From positions 146,971-210,970 of the forward strand of contig JAVHQC010000035.1 of assembly GCA_036170915.1 (NCBI GenBank): a stretch of 64,000 bases of DNA, written 5' to 3'. Position numbers and translations under genes: made by a program. This DNA comes from Cyanobacteria bacterium auto_48_18. GTDB taxonomy: Bacteria; Cyanobacteriota; Vampirovibrionia; Obscuribacterales; Obscuribacteraceae. Numbering within the stretch: the stretch's first letter is position 1; each line of letters opens with the position of its first letter. The notes under the pieces are model-generated. The model worked only from the letters and a program-made list of their open reading frames with translations. It had not been told where the DNA came from and did no database searches. Positions 63,867-64,000 of the stretch are shown piece by piece.

Positions 63867-64000
63867 ACTTCACTGTCTGCCAGACTTACTTCTTTTATAG
63901 ATTGCAAAATCCATTCTGCCGCTTGCACGATAGAAGCCGCCTGATAATCGGGTTTGACCGGCCATTGATAGGCCCCCGATTGAACGTCTTTGCCATAACC
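63863..64000 (-). CDS. 3' end of an unidentified minus-strand gene entering from the window edge
   Basis: My own translation gives ...GYGKDVQSGAYQWPVKPDYQAASIVQAAEWILQSIKEVSLADSEV followed by a stop. The stop codon overlaps the stop of the convergent REC-GGDEF-REC gene. Confidence 0.4.
   Translation of the reverse strand, partial: GYGKDVQSGAYQWPVKPDYQAASIVQAAEWILQSIKEVSLADSEV

Noticed and set aside
1-64000. Search for rRNA, tRNA, tmRNA, RNase P RNA and insertion sequences
   Set aside because: The intergenic gaps are at most 336 nt, and none showed tRNA-like acceptor/T-arm patterns or long terminal inverted repeats by eye. This is a negative result from visual inspection only and should be confirmed with tRNAscan/Infernal.

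Overview
This is a gene-dense bacterial chromosomal window with about 62 protein-coding genes. By eye I found no rRNA, tRNA, CRISPR array, transposase, integrase or phage genes. Most genes are core metabolism and housekeeping: sucCD, pfk, ribD, def, fabF, cysE, rpe, ispG, etfAB, holA, phoU, gpmI, rph, gcvPB, glcEF, cobU and sua5. The mix of csaB, a tagA-like gene, Mini-RNase III, glcEF and ABC1/UbiB-type genes suggests a cyanobacteria-related lineage, possibly a non-photosynthetic Melainabacteria-like one. That lineage call is a low-confidence guess.

No canonical mobile or defence island is visible. The parts that look non-routine are listed below.
1. A 1895-aa repeat-rich, helical giant protein (22555-28242) contains a near-identical 348-bp tandem duplication and a 21-bp minisatellite.
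2. A translationally coupled pair (33283-34930) encodes an OLD-type Toprim-domain protein with no ATPase, followed by a small 4-TM protein.
3. A histidine kinase (61390-63866) is start/stop-coupled to a REC-GGDEF-REC protein in which, by manual alignment, all three domains are degenerate.
4. A fatty-acyl modification cluster (1-6939) has two CMAS methyltransferases, DUF1295, DUF1365, an FAD amine-oxidase-like enzyme and a His-box desaturase.
5. A stand-alone RapZ C-terminal domain sits next to a membrane-anchored YvcK (14806-16696).
6. A sensor-less PhoR-like kinase, PhoB and PhoU operon is preceded by Pho-box-like phased repeats.
7. An identical 26-nt hairpin element occurs at two intergenic loci.
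8. Short tandem duplications are unusually frequent in both coding and intergenic DNA.

All functional calls come from motif recognition in the supplied translations. No database search was run.
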